A stretch of DNA of 64,000 nucleotides from an uncultured bacterium. GTDB taxonomy: Bacteria > Chloroflexota > UBA5177 > JANWHV01. This document shows positions 49,044-58,909 of the stretch, piece after piece. How positions within the stretch are numbered: the stretch's first letter is position 1; the number at the start of each line of letters is the position of its first letter. A model generated the notes under the pieces. The model was given only the letters and a program-made list of their open reading frames with translations, did no database searches and was not told where the DNA came from. The DNA lies in contig CAVSOU010000008.1 of the NCBI GenBank assembly GCA_963729625.1, positions 704,001 through 768,000 of the forward strand, in the 5' to 3' direction. Made by a program: the position numbers and the translations under genes.

Positions 49044-50372
49044 ATGGCCGCAGCACGTTGCCCAAATTGCACGCGCAAGATTCACATCTGGAACAACCAC
49101 ACGGGTTTCTGCAGCAAGCGATGTCGAGAGGAATCGAAAAGCGCCTGCCTAAACTGCGGCAAGATTGGCCTGTTCAAGCACGAGCGACTTGGTTGTTGCA
49201 GTGATGAGTGCCGATACTGGTACGTCACCACCTTGCTGGGTTATGACCGTGAGTTCCTCCTGACGCCTGCCTGGGACAAAGTCGTCTATCACGTCCGCCT
49301 TCCGTCTGCAAATGCTGAGATCTCCTCTCTCCAGTTGGATGAACTGGAATTCGAGCGAGCGCGAGATACGATTCTGGTCGTCGCCGCGCCGCCCTGGATA
49401 GCACGGCAGAAGGTACTTGCCGAGCTCCCGTACGCCCGCTTTGACAACGCAGCCTGGCAACATTTGCGTGTGGACGGCACGCTTTCATCCGACGAGGTCG
49501 AGCGGTTCCGCGGCATGTGCTATGACGATCCCCTGCTCTACCACAAGCTCGGGGTTCACGTGTTCGAGAAGATTCGCGGACAGGGCGGAACGAGCCCCAT
49601 CACGCCGCCCACAAGCGTGCAGCTCGCGCCCGGCTCTGTCAGCCTCACTCAACCGATGCTGCCGATCGGCATGTTTGGCGTGGATGCCGCAACGTCGCAG
49701 ACGTCGGTTCCTCTGCAGCTGGCGCAGGTAAGCCAGGTTGCCACCTCGCTGGCGGCGCCTGAGCATTTTGCCTCGCAGGTGCGCACGCTGTTCGCGCTGC
49801 GCGGCTTCCAGGTGTCGAGCGCTGATCCGAATACCGATACGGCGCTGTTGCTCTCGAAAGGCAGCAAGCGCGCGATCGCTGTGTACCATTGGCAGCATGG
49901 AATGGTGTCCGAGGAGCCAGTGCGGGTGCTCCTCGACCTGATGACTACGTGGGAGGCCTCCAACGGCTACGTGGTCACAAACGGGCACTTCACGCTGCAA
50001 GTGGAGGACCTTGTCGTCGGTCGCGCCGTGCAGCTCATCGACGGCGATCAGTTCGCTGCTCTGGTGGATGGCACGCACGTCAGCGCTCAGCCTGCAACTA
50101 CCATCGAACAAGCCCCCGGCACGCCCGAAGCACCAGAAGAGGGCGGAGGCACGGCGGCCACTGGCTACGATGCGCGCCTCAATGGACACTCCGCTTATGA
50201 TGACGAGATCGGCACGACCAAGGTGCTTGCATCGTCGACGGACAGGCCGGAACAAGTTACTCGAAAACTTTCCAGTGCAGAACCAGTTGGTTCCGGCCTG
50301 CCTGATGCAGATACGTCCAGTCGGCCACAGGCCGAAGACCTGCCTGGAGTGCTCGAGCTTCCGCAGTCCTGA
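49044..50372 (+). CDS. Tandem Cys4 zinc-finger protein with a degenerate Mrr-like restriction-endonuclease-fold domain
   Basis: CPNC...FCSKRC and CLNC...CCSDEC; LFALRGFQV...GYVVTNGHFT...VQLIDGDQF; the usual D...QxK catalytic motif is not visible. Confidence 0.75.
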   Translation: MAAARCPNCTRKIHIWNNHTGFCSKRCREESKSACLNCGKIGLFKHERLGCCSDECRYWYVTTLLGYDREFLLTPAWDKVVYHVRLPSANAEISSLQLDELEFERARDTILVVAAPPWIARQKVLAELPYARFDNAAWQHLRVDGTLSSDEVERFRGMCYDDPLLYHKLGVHVFEKIRGQGGTSPITPPTSVQLAPGSVSLTQPMLPIGMFGVDAATSQTSVPLQLAQVSQVATSLAAPEHFASQVRTLFALRGFQVSSADPNTDTALLLSKGSKRAIAVYHWQHGMVSEEPVRVLLDLMTTWEASNGYVVTNGHFTLQVEDLVVGRAVQLIDGDQFAALVDGTHVSAQPATTIEQAPGTPEAPEEGGGTAATGYDARLNGHSAYDDEIGTTKVLASSTDRPEQVTRKLSSAEPVGSGLPDADTSSRPQAEDLPGVLELPQS

Positions 50373-50610
50373 GAGAGACGCTGTCGAACGGTTGGTCCCT
50401 TCGGTCCTCTCTCTCGCTGCCCTACAGGGGCTCCACGGCCAACGTACCTGAACGTGCGATTGACGAGGCCGGTTGCACCATAGGAGGATAGTGAAACCGA
50501 CCTAGCGGTCGTGCTTCATGAGCTAAGGTGATGGGCTGGGCGCGCACAGCGGTTCCGCGACGGTAGGTTGCCGGTCACACAGGACGAATGGATTGTTGCA
50601 CGCGTGTGGC

Positions 50611-50637
50611 TAAAGAACCCGCGGTACGTGCCGACAA
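50611..50637 (+). promoter_or_regulatory. Sigma28 (FliA/SigD)-type promoter for cheY-cheX
   Basis: TAAA-N15-GCCGACAA, one mismatch from TAAA-N15-GCCGATAA, about 80 nt upstream of cheY. Confidence 0.75.
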
Positions 50638-50716
50638 CCTAAGACGAACAGGTTGATCGAGGGTACCTGTGGCTGCGGCGCCGGTAGTTAGGGACGCCCT
50701 GGGTGGAGGCTGGTAG

Positions 50717-51079
50717 ATGGCAACGTTCTTGGTGGCCGATGACGCCGCGTTCATGCGCATGCGCTGCGTGAAGCTGATCAGAGAAGGTGGACACGAGACA
50801 GTCGAGGTCGAGAACGGGAAGCAGGCCGTCGAAACGTACCAACGTATCAAGCCCGACGCGGTGCTCCTGGACATTACGATGCCTGAAATGGACGGGCTGC
50901 AAGCACTGCGCCTGATCCTGGCGGCAGACCCCAAGGCGCGAGTGGCCATGGTAACAGCGGTTGGTCAGCAGTCAGTAGTGATTGAAGCGCTGAAGGCAGG
51001 AGCCTGCGATTTTGTCGTGAAGCCCTTTCAACCATCGCGGCTACTCCAGGCCGTACACCGGCTGCTTGAACCGAGGTGA
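50717..51079 (+). CDS. cheY: Chemotaxis response regulator CheY
   Basis: VADDAAFMRM, LDITMPEMDG, FVVKPF; single REC domain; GGAGG RBS. Confidence 0.93.
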   Translation: MATFLVADDAAFMRMRCVKLIREGGHETVEVENGKQAVETYQRIKPDAVLLDITMPEMDGLQALRLILAADPKARVAMVTAVGQQSVVIEALKAGACDFVVKPFQPSRLLQAVHRLLEPR

Positions 51080-51200
51080 GAAGCCGCTCACAGACGCGTG
51101 CGGGACAGCGCCACACCCCATGCACCGCGCGCGATCGTCACGCACCTGTGCCGACGCGGCCAACTATGTCACGACCGAGTCAGGATGGAGGAGTCAGGTC

Positions 51201-51689
51201 ATGAACGCGGAAGTGGTCAGAGCGTTTACCAGTGCAGCACACGACGTTCTCGCCCAGGAACTCGGAGAACCAATTGAGCTGCAGGATGTGCGATTGCAAG
51301 GCGGCCCGTACCGGGTGGGCGACATCACGGTCGTGGTCGGGATCGCACAGGATGTCGAGGGAGCCGTTTTGATGTGTCTGTCCAAGCCGACGGCGCGCCA
51401 GTACCTCTCGAACGTTTTGGGCGAAGCAGTGGAGGAACTCGACGAGATCGCCCTCAGTGGCATCGGCGAGCTTGGCAACATGATCGCGGGTACGGCCGGT
51501 GCGCGCCTGGCGGAGATCGGGTATACGACGGTCATCGCCCCTCCAACAGTGTTTGTCGACGGCGGCACGATTTCTACGCTGACGCTTCCGCGGCTCGTCG
51601 TGCCGGTGCACTCGCCGTTCGGTTCAATCGATTTGCAGCTTGCGGCACGCATACATGCAACTCCGCACGTGAGCGGCGTCGCACGATGA
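51201..51689 (+). CDS. cheX: CheY-P phosphatase CheX
   Basis: SGIGELGNMIAG (ExxN), IAPPTV; GGAGGAG RBS. Confidence 0.92.
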   Translation: MNAEVVRAFTSAAHDVLAQELGEPIELQDVRLQGGPYRVGDITVVVGIAQDVEGAVLMCLSKPTARQYLSNVLGEAVEELDEIALSGIGELGNMIAGTAGARLAEIGYTTVIAPPTVFVDGGTISTLTLPRLVVPVHSPFGSIDLQLAARIHATPHVSGVAR

Positions 51690-51723
51690 GTCATGGGCTC
51701 CGTGCGCGATGCCGCGATGCGTA

Positions 51724-52626
51724 TCAGGGCAAGGTCACCGTGCCATCAGCGTGAAGCATGACAAGGCCCTCGTGCTCGAGGGTGTGAAGCAGATCGGCGA
51801 GCCATGATGAATCCTCTTCGGAGAAGCCTGGCTTGATTGCAGCGCCCAACCGCGGTTGGGAGAGAGACTCGCGATCCTCCAACTGCCGTAGTCGCTCGAC
51901 GATGCGACCGCGATAGTAGCGCGACGAGCTGGCGTACCGCGAGCGCTGCCCCGTCGCGTATGCAGCTTTACGCTCGCGCACCGCCGGCACCACACGGCCA
52001 ATCGCGCGACACCAGGAGCCGGCGGGGCACAGAAGGCACCGCGGAGCGCGCTCCGTACAGACTGAAGCACCCAGATCCATGAGGGCTTGGTTCCAGGCAT
52101 AGGCGCTGCCTTCAGGCAGCGCCTGAGCGGCAAGTGCCCAGTGTGCCGCGGCCCCGCCCGCGCGTGGACCGTCTGGTCCGAGAACGATTCTGCCGAGCAC
52201 GCGCCGCACATTCGTGTCAAGCACCGGCTCGGAACGGCCGAACGCGAAGCAGGCAACTGCCGCCGCGGTGTAACGACCGACTCCTTCCAGCTCCATCAGG
52301 CCGTCGACCGTCTCGGGCAGCGCGCCGGCGTGCGTGTCGCTCACAGCCTGCGCGATGTGCTGAAGACGTGTCGCACGCCGATTGTAACCTAGCCCCTGCC
52401 ATGCGCGGATAACCTCTGCGGTGGACGCCCGCGAGAGGGCGGCCAGGGTGGGAAACTGCGTGAGAAATGCCTGGTATTTCGGCACCACACGATCAACCTG
52501 TGTCTGCTGGAGCATGAACTCCGCGACAAGGATCGCGTAAGGATCCCGCGTTCGCCGCCAGGGCAAGTCGCGCGCGGACTGGGCATACCATGCGAGAACG
52601 GCGTGATGGATAGCCTCCCAGTTCAA
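51724..52626 (-). CDS. mutY: A/G-specific adenine glycosylase, short form
   Basis: RDLPWR, EFMLQQT, WQGLGY, GVGRYTA, DTNV, QALMDLGA, CxxxxPRCxxCP...C. Confidence 0.95.
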   Translation of the reverse strand: MNWEAIHHAVLAWYAQSARDLPWRRTRDPYAILVAEFMLQQTQVDRVVPKYQAFLTQFPTLAALSRASTAEVIRAWQGLGYNRRATRLQHIAQAVSDTHAGALPETVDGLMELEGVGRYTAAAVACFAFGRSEPVLDTNVRRVLGRIVLGPDGPRAGGAAAHWALAAQALPEGSAYAWNQALMDLGASVCTERAPRCLLCPAGSWCRAIGRVVPAVRERKAAYATGQRSRYASSSRYYRGRIVERLRQLEDRESLSQPRLGAAIKPGFSEEDSSWLADLLHTLEHEGLVMLHADGTVTLP

Positions 52627-53063
52627 GCCGTCTTGTTGAGTTCCTCCGCCAGAAGGTCGGCGCGCGCCTCAGCGGCGCGAAGGCGGCGAGACAACATGGG
52701 TAAAAGGGGCAGAGCCATTTCAGGATGCGCTTCCAGCTCGCCTAGAAACTCCCACTTTGCCAATGTCGCGCACACGGTAGGCGTGGTCGCCTTCACGTCA
52801 GCGGTCCTCGGCAGGTCATCGAGGAGAGCCGTCTCGCCAAAGAAGTCGCCCGGCCCGAGCGTTTGCAGCAAGCGACCAGCACGTAAGACCTCGCACGTAC
52901 CTTCAAGCACGATGTAGAGGCCGAGGCCGAGCTGGCCTTCAGCGACGATATTACGTCCGGCAGGGTACTCCTGTGTCTTGAGCAGCCTGGCCAGCGATTT
53001 GATCGCGCGGCCGTCCAGTCGTTCGAACATTGACACGTGGGCCAGCAGATCGTCCACTTTCAT
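52623..53063 (-). CDS. Stand-alone cyclic nucleotide-binding domain protein
   Basis: LYIVLEG, GDFFGETALL, PRTADV; stop overlaps the mutY start. Confidence 0.92.
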   Translation of the reverse strand: MKVDDLLAHVSMFERLDGRAIKSLARLLKTQEYPAGRNIVAEGQLGLGLYIVLEGTCEVLRAGRLLQTLGPGDFFGETALLDDLPRTADVKATTPTVCATLAKWEFLGELEAHPEMALPLLPMLSRRLRAAEARADLLAEELNKTA

Positions 53064-53132
53064 CGAGCATGCCTCCAAGGCTGCGCGTTCTTCCCAGACT
53101 CCCCGCGGGGGATACTGCCAGCGTACGGCCGG

Positions 53133-53705
53133 CTATGCTTGCGCCAGCTGACCGCAGACCGTGCTGAGCCGTCGAGCAATTGCCTCCGGCACCTCATCGC
53201 CCGCGACTCGGGCGAGTATGCTCCGCAGCAGCCCGTCGACAGCCGGTCGCGCCACACTGGTTCCCGAGGAGGGCGACTGCATGACGACCCGTGTCAAGGC
53301 TTGACGTTCATTTGGCTGAAGCGACGCCAGCCACGATAGACGCTCGTGAATGAAGGAAGACTCATCGGCCGCAACTTCGGCCTCGACGAGCGCCCGAAGC
53401 TGGCCGGCATCCCAGCCCAGCGTGTGCTGCCTGAGCATGGTGTCAAAGGTGTCGCGCAGAACGAGGGACTCCGGCACTGCGGAGTCCTGGGAAAGTGCCA
53501 AACTGAAGCAGAACGGCGTATTCCGCAATATGCCGAGCTCACCCGCGAGGAATGCAAGACACTGCAAATCAAGCTCGTCGCGCAGGTTTCTCACCGCACG
53601 GACAAGCGCCAGCAGGGCGTGTTGAGGACGATTTGCCGAGGGGGGCGCCGACGGTACGTCGATCGGCGCGATCATTTGATTGCCAGGAGCATACCCTAAT
53701 ACCAC
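53133..53705 (-). CDS. Hypothetical protein, possibly a degenerate Panacea/YwgA-like winged helix
   Basis: GAGGAG before GTG at 53705; LQCLAFL...F.F...PESLVLRDTFDTM loosely resembles LQKLxYL...F...GPYSxxL. Confidence 0.55.
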   Translation of the reverse strand: MVLGYAPGNQMIAPIDVPSAPPSANRPQHALLALVRAVRNLRDELDLQCLAFLAGELGILRNTPFCFSLALSQDSAVPESLVLRDTFDTMLRQHTLGWDAGQLRALVEAEVAADESSFIHERLSWLASLQPNERQALTRVVMQSPSSGTSVARPAVDGLLRSILARVAGDEVPEAIARRLSTVCGQLAQA

Positions 53706-53869
53706 GGATCTCCTCTCCCTTCCCCGCAACGATGTTTACACTCTGTCGGGATTACCGTTCACTCCCCCAAGTGAACGCGGAGAGGTGCTCGTCCTGCCGC
53801 ACTCGGGCAGTTTCCAGCACCGGTTACCAGTTCAATACTACAGCAAAACTGCCCTCTATGGCGAGGTCC

Positions 53870-53950
53870 TTGACACAACATATTGGGGTAGACATAAGCT
53901 GCCTACTACTCGTAACCTACTCAACACATGGATGACATACGGGGTAGGTT
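53870..53950 (+). promoter_or_regulatory. Promoter/operator region of the oxidoreductase-GRE operon
   Basis: TTGACA at 53870; repeats ACATATTGGGGTAG (53878) and ACATACGGGGTAG (53935); stem AACCTAC...GTAGGTT. Confidence 0.45.
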
Positions 53951-54071
53951 GAGAGTTCCGTGCATGCAGCGATGAGGCACTACACCAGTTTCCCTTTCGT
54001 GATGTACTCTCGTAGGATTGCGCGTGGTGAATCGTCGGGTTGTCTCACCATGTGACTGAAGGGGACGAAGC

Positions 54072-55094
54072 GTGATGCCGCTGCATATTGGCGCGGTTGG
54101 TACTGGACTTGCATTCAGGGAGCTTCACCTTCCCATAGTGGCGGAGTTCCAGGATAGGTTTCGCATTTCTGCCGTTGTCAGCGGCACACCAGACTCAACG
54201 GCGGCAGGGGCCCGGTTCGTGGCCGGGGCAACCGGCACGCTTCCGTATGCGTGCGCCACTGTCGAGGAGCTGCTGGATCGACCAGAGATCGACATAGTTC
54301 TGGTTACCGTACCCATCCATCTCACGGCAAGGTATGTGCGACAGGCTCTGCAGCGAGGCAAGACGGTGTTTGCCGAGAAGCCCGTCTCGGACAACGCAGT
54401 TGAGGCGCACGGTCTGATCGATCTTGCGCGGAAGATGGGCGTGGTCCTGTTCATCGCCGAGAACTTCAGATACAAGCGCCAGTATCGGCAGCTTGGCGAG
54501 CTGGCACGTTCGGGCCTTATTGGGCAACCTGTTCTTTTTCGCTTGAACGATCTGCACTACACTTCTCCGCAATCGAAGTACGCCGTCACCGCCTGGCGGC
54601 AGGAGGGCGCCCACAAAGGCGGCTATCTTCTCGACGGGGGACTCCACACCATCGCAGGCGTGCGCTCCGTGGTGACCAGCAAGGTTACTGCGGTGCATGG
54701 GTTGATGACGTCGTTTCATCCTGAGTTCCTGGCTCGGCAGGAGGATACCCTGCTGCTGCACCTGACGTTTGAAGACGGTATGATTGGAGACGTCGGGCTG
54801 GGCTACGGCGCCGTCGACCCTGAAGGACGCCGGCCGAAAGTGTATGGGCCTGAGGGCACGCTGGTACTACTGCGCGATCGCGTCGAGCTATGGACGCCGG
54901 GCTCCGCAGAGGCGGCACGGCGCTTTCCTCTGGAGCTCAACGGCCCAGGGTTCAAGGAGGAATGGCTCGATTTCTACGGAGCGGTGGCCGAGCGGAAACC
55001 GCTGGCCGGCACGCCGGAAGATGCGGTCATCGATTCCGAGATTATTCTCGCCGGTATTGAGTCTGCTCGCACCGGCCACGTAGTGCGTCTCTAA
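54072..55094 (+). CDS. Gfo/Idh/MocA family NAD(P)-dependent oxidoreductase
   Basis: IGAVGTG, AEKP, AENFRY, WR...GGYLLDGGLH. Confidence 0.93.
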   Translation: MMPLHIGAVGTGLAFRELHLPIVAEFQDRFRISAVVSGTPDSTAAGARFVAGATGTLPYACATVEELLDRPEIDIVLVTVPIHLTARYVRQALQRGKTVFAEKPVSDNAVEAHGLIDLARKMGVVLFIAENFRYKRQYRQLGELARSGLIGQPVLFRLNDLHYTSPQSKYAVTAWRQEGAHKGGYLLDGGLHTIAGVRSVVTSKVTAVHGLMTSFHPEFLARQEDTLLLHLTFEDGMIGDVGLGYGAVDPEGRRPKVYGPEGTLVLLRDRVELWTPGSAEAARRFPLELNGPGFKEEWLDFYGAVAERKPLAGTPEDAVIDSEIILAGIESARTGHVVRL

Positions 55095-55219
55095 GGTGAA
55101 AACAGCCTCCATCTGTGGAACGATGGCAGAGACGGGCCGACTGCGGTCGGGCGAGCGCGGCGGTTTTCATGCGCGGTGGTGGCCCACCAAACCGTTGGTA
55201 TCTAGGGAGGAGCCGGGCG

Positions 55220-55384
55220 CTGGATAGCTTGGTGATTGGCAGCAGCGTGGCGAAGACCGGCGACCCGCTGTTCGAGCCCGCGCGACAGAAAGTGTCACGG
55301 CAGTGCTTCCGCTCCGGCGGCTGCGAGATCGGCATCGTGCAGGCCGAACTGGGCGACCATAGCACCATTCTGGGCTGTGCGTCG
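55220..55384 (+). pseudogene. C-terminal relic of a ROK-family sugar kinase
   Basis: LVIGSSVAKTGDPLFEPARQKV...IVQAELGDHSTILG matches the ROK C-terminal pattern (IGGGV..AG..L....A.LG..AG..GAA). Confidence 0.65.
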
Positions 55385-55439
55385 CCCGCGCGACGCACGG
55401 TGCAGGGACGTGGCTCCCGTGCTGTCAGCGCGTGCGCGT

Positions 55440-56363
55440 CTCGACTGACGCCGTTCGAGCGCGCGAAGCTCGAACGAGTCGAAGGTATCGTGTTTGACAT
55501 ACAGCGCTTCTCGCTGCACGACGGAGCGGGGCTGCGCACGAACGTCTTCTTCAAGGGCTGCGCGATGCGTTGTCCGTGGTGCGCTAACCCCGAGTCGCAG
55601 CATCGCGAGCCGGAGCTCTGGTATTCGGTGCAGCGGTGCATCGAGTGCGGGCAGTTCGCCCCTCCCTGCGCGGACTGCATCGAACAGAACGGAGCCGCGG
55701 GCAAGCGCGCGGACATGCGCGGCAGGCTGGACCTATGCCCTACCGGCGCGATTCGCGTGATCGGCGACCGGCGTACGGCAGGCGAGGTTCTGGCCGAGGT
55801 GCTGCGGGACGCGCCATTCTACTCGGGCGGAGGCGGCATGACGCTGACAGGTGGCGAGCCCACCGATCAACCACGGCTGGCCGAGGCGCTGCTCCGTCTC
55901 GCCAGGCATCACCATATCTCGACTGCCCTCGAGACAAGCGGCCACGCCCGCTGGCGCATTCTGGAGCGACTGCTGCCGCACCTCGACGACGTGCTCTTCG
56001 ACGTGAAGCACATGGACTCCGCGAGACATCGATCGAGTCACCGGCGTCGACAATGTCCTGATTCTGGCGAATCTCGGCCGGCTGGCCGCCCTGGGTGCTC
56101 CGCTCACCGTGCGCGTGCCGTTGATCCCGAGCTTCAACACGGACGAAGCTAGCTTGAGCGCGATTGCCGATTATGTGCAAGCACTTGACGGCCCGACCAA
56201 ACCCGTGAATCTGCTGCCCTATCACACCCTTGGGCGGGCGAAATATAAAGCGCTGAATCGCGACTACCCATGGAATGGATACGTGCGCCTGACCGACGAG
56301 CAAATCGCGGTATGCCGTGAGGTGTTCATCTCGCGGGGCCTCGTCGCCACTGTCGGCGGCTAG
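55440..56363 (+). pseudogene. pflC: Glycyl-radical enzyme activating enzyme (radical SAM, PflC-like) with a +1 frameshift near 56031; start unclear
   Basis: FDIQRFSLHDG, FKGCAMRCPWCANPES, TGGEP, ETSG, DVKHMD, then in a shifted frame VTGVDN...RVPLIP...LLPYH. Confidence 0.85.
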
Positions 56364-56382
56364 TTGGGATGGGAGGCGCAGG

Positions 56383-58826
56383 ATGTCGCGTCTTTTGGCC
56401 GAGCCGGATCTTCCCTATTTGCGAGTACACCCGGAAGCGGCCTTCCCTCTGGACACGCGGCATAGTAGCCAGCCGTCCGCGCGCTGCGCGCGGCTGAAGA
56501 CGCGCCTGTTCGCGTGCGATCGGGAAATAGATTGCGAGCGAGCGCGCCACGCCACCGAGGCCTACCGCGCGACGGAGGGCGAGCCGATGCTCATCCGTCG
56601 CGCCACCATGCTGCTGCACCTCGTCCGGCAGTTGAGCATCGCGATTGACTCCGACGAGCTGATTGTGGGCAACCGATCACTGAAGCCTCGCATGGGCGTG
56701 ATCGCGCCTGAAGGCGCTGTCGATTGGGTCGACCGGGAACTCGACAGCCTGCCGACGCGACCGCAGGATCCATTTGGCGTACAGCCCGAACAGGTGCGCG
56801 AGCTGCGCGAAGACATATTCCCCTACTGGCGCGGCAGGACCCTTGAAGACAACGTGGCTTCGCGCGTGCCGGGCGTGATCTGGGCGGCGGTCCAGGGCAA
56901 GGTCTTCAGCCTGAACCAGACAGATCACGCGCAAGGGCACATCCTGCCTGATGTCGCTCGCTGGCTTCGCCTAGGCGTGAGTGGCCTGCGCGCGCAAGTA
57001 CAGGCCAGCCGGCGGCAAGAGAGTGCACAGGCCGCTGCGCAGCAAACCTTCTACAGGGCGGCGGAGATCGCCCTGGACGCGGCAGCGGTGTTTATGCGTC
57101 GTTACGGCGACCTCGCCCAACGGGTGGCGCTGTCATGCCGGTCGCGAGCGCGTCGGAGAGAGCTGGAGCAGGTCGCCGCGCGCTGCCTGTGGCTCAGCGA
57201 GAGCCCTGCGCGGGGCTTTGGGGATGCAGTGCAGGCGGTCTGGTTCCTCTTCGTGCTGCTGCAAATAGAGTCCAACGCCAGTAGCTTCTCGCCCGGCCGC
57301 TTCGATCAATACATGCTGCCGTACCTGGAGGCCGATCTGGCAACGGGCGGCCTGGTCCTGTCCGCGGCGCAAGAACTGCTCGAGGGACTTTGGCTCAAGT
57401 TCAACGAGATAGTCCTGTTGCGCAGCGGCTCGAGCGCGCGCTACTTTGCCGGGTTCCCTATCGGCTTCAACGTCCTCCTTGGCGGTCAGGGTCACGATGG
57501 AGGCGACGCCACGAACTTCCTCAGCTACATGTGCCTCCGGGCGCAGGCGGACCTCATGTTGACCCAGCCAAACCTATCGATCCGCGTGCACGAGCGGAGC
57601 CCTCAGGAGTTTCTGCTCGCGGCGGCCAGCGTGATCGGCAAGGGAGGAGGGATGCCTCAGGTCTTCAATGACGAGGTTATCGTGCCCGGCCAGGTCAACC
57701 GGGGGGTTGCGCGGGAGGACGCATTGAACTACGCGGTGGTCGGCTGCGTGGAACTCTCGACGCCCGGCAAGGCGCTGGGCTGGAGTGATGCTTCCATGCT
57801 CAACCTGACACGCGTCCTGGAATTGACGCTGTTCGGCGGCAAGGATCCCCAGAGTGGACTCCAGATCGGCCTGGCCACCCCACCGCTGGACGAGATGGGC
57901 TCGATGGAAGAGCTGGAAGCAGCCTATGACCGACAGCTTGTTCATTTCGTCGACCTGATGGTACAGGGCTGCAACATTGTGGATCTCCTTCACGCCGAGA
58001 TACTGCCATCGCCTTTCCTGTCCCTGACTATCGACGACTGTATCGGGCGCGGCCTGGATGTGACGGCGGGTGGGGCACTCTACAATTTCAGTGGTGTGCA
58101 GGGCGTGCAGATTGCCAACGTTGCCGACAGTCTGGCCGCCGTGCGAGATTCCGTGTTTGAGCAGAGATGGGTGACCGCCGCCAAGCTGCTCGAGACGCTC
58201 CGCGCCAACTTCCTGGGTGACGAGACACTCCGCCAACGCTTGATCAACCGCACGCCAAAATACGGCAACGACGACGAGCGGGCAGATCAATTCGCGCGGA
58301 CGTGGGCGTGGCGCTACTGCAGTCTGGTCGAGGAACACCGGAACGTGCGCGGCGGTGGCTATCAGCCGGGCTTCTACACCGTTTCAGCGCACGTGCCGAT
58401 GGGGGTAACGTGGGTGCGATGCCCGACGGCCGTCGCGCGGGCGAACCGCTAGCCGATGGCGGCGTATCGCCGATGACCGGGCGCGACGAGAAGGGTCCGA
58501 CGGCGGTGCTGTCGTCGGTGGGCAAGATGGACCTGGCCCTTGCTACAAACGGCGCGCTGCTGAACATGAAGTTCTCCCCCCAGTTCTTTGACGGCGATCA
58601 CGCGCTCGAGCAATTCGTGGCGCTGCTGCGCGGTTTCTGCCGGTTGCGCATTCCGCACGTGCAGTTCAATGTCGTGTCGGCGGCGACCCTGCGTCTGGCG
58701 CAGGCCAGCCCTGCGGAATACCGATCGCTGGTCGTGCGCGTCGCAGGGTACAGCGCGTACTTCACCGATCTGGACAGGGATCTGCAGGACGAAATCATCC
58801 GCCGCACCGAGTTCGGCCAGGTCTAG
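56383..58826 (+). pseudogene. pflD: Glycyl-radical enzyme, PflD-like, with one base missing in a G-run near 58401-58407
   Basis: NQTDHAQGHI, ESNASS, LLRSGSSARYFAGFP, GCVELS, YTVSAHVP; second frame NVGAMPDGR...RVAGYSAYF. These motifs match E. coli PflD as recalled, not classical PFL. Confidence 0.88.
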
Positions 58827-58909
58827 AGCCAACTCAGCCGACTGCCGGGGCCGAGGGAGCGGTCGCGCCACTGCCTACCCGTGAGAGGGGCATGGGTGGC
58901 GTATACGAT

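Noticed and set aside
56383-58826. Classical pyruvate formate-lyase linked to the FNT channel
   Set aside because: Single-Cys GCVELS motif rather than the adjacent Cys-Cys pair of PFL; the FNT is about 8 kb away on the other strand.
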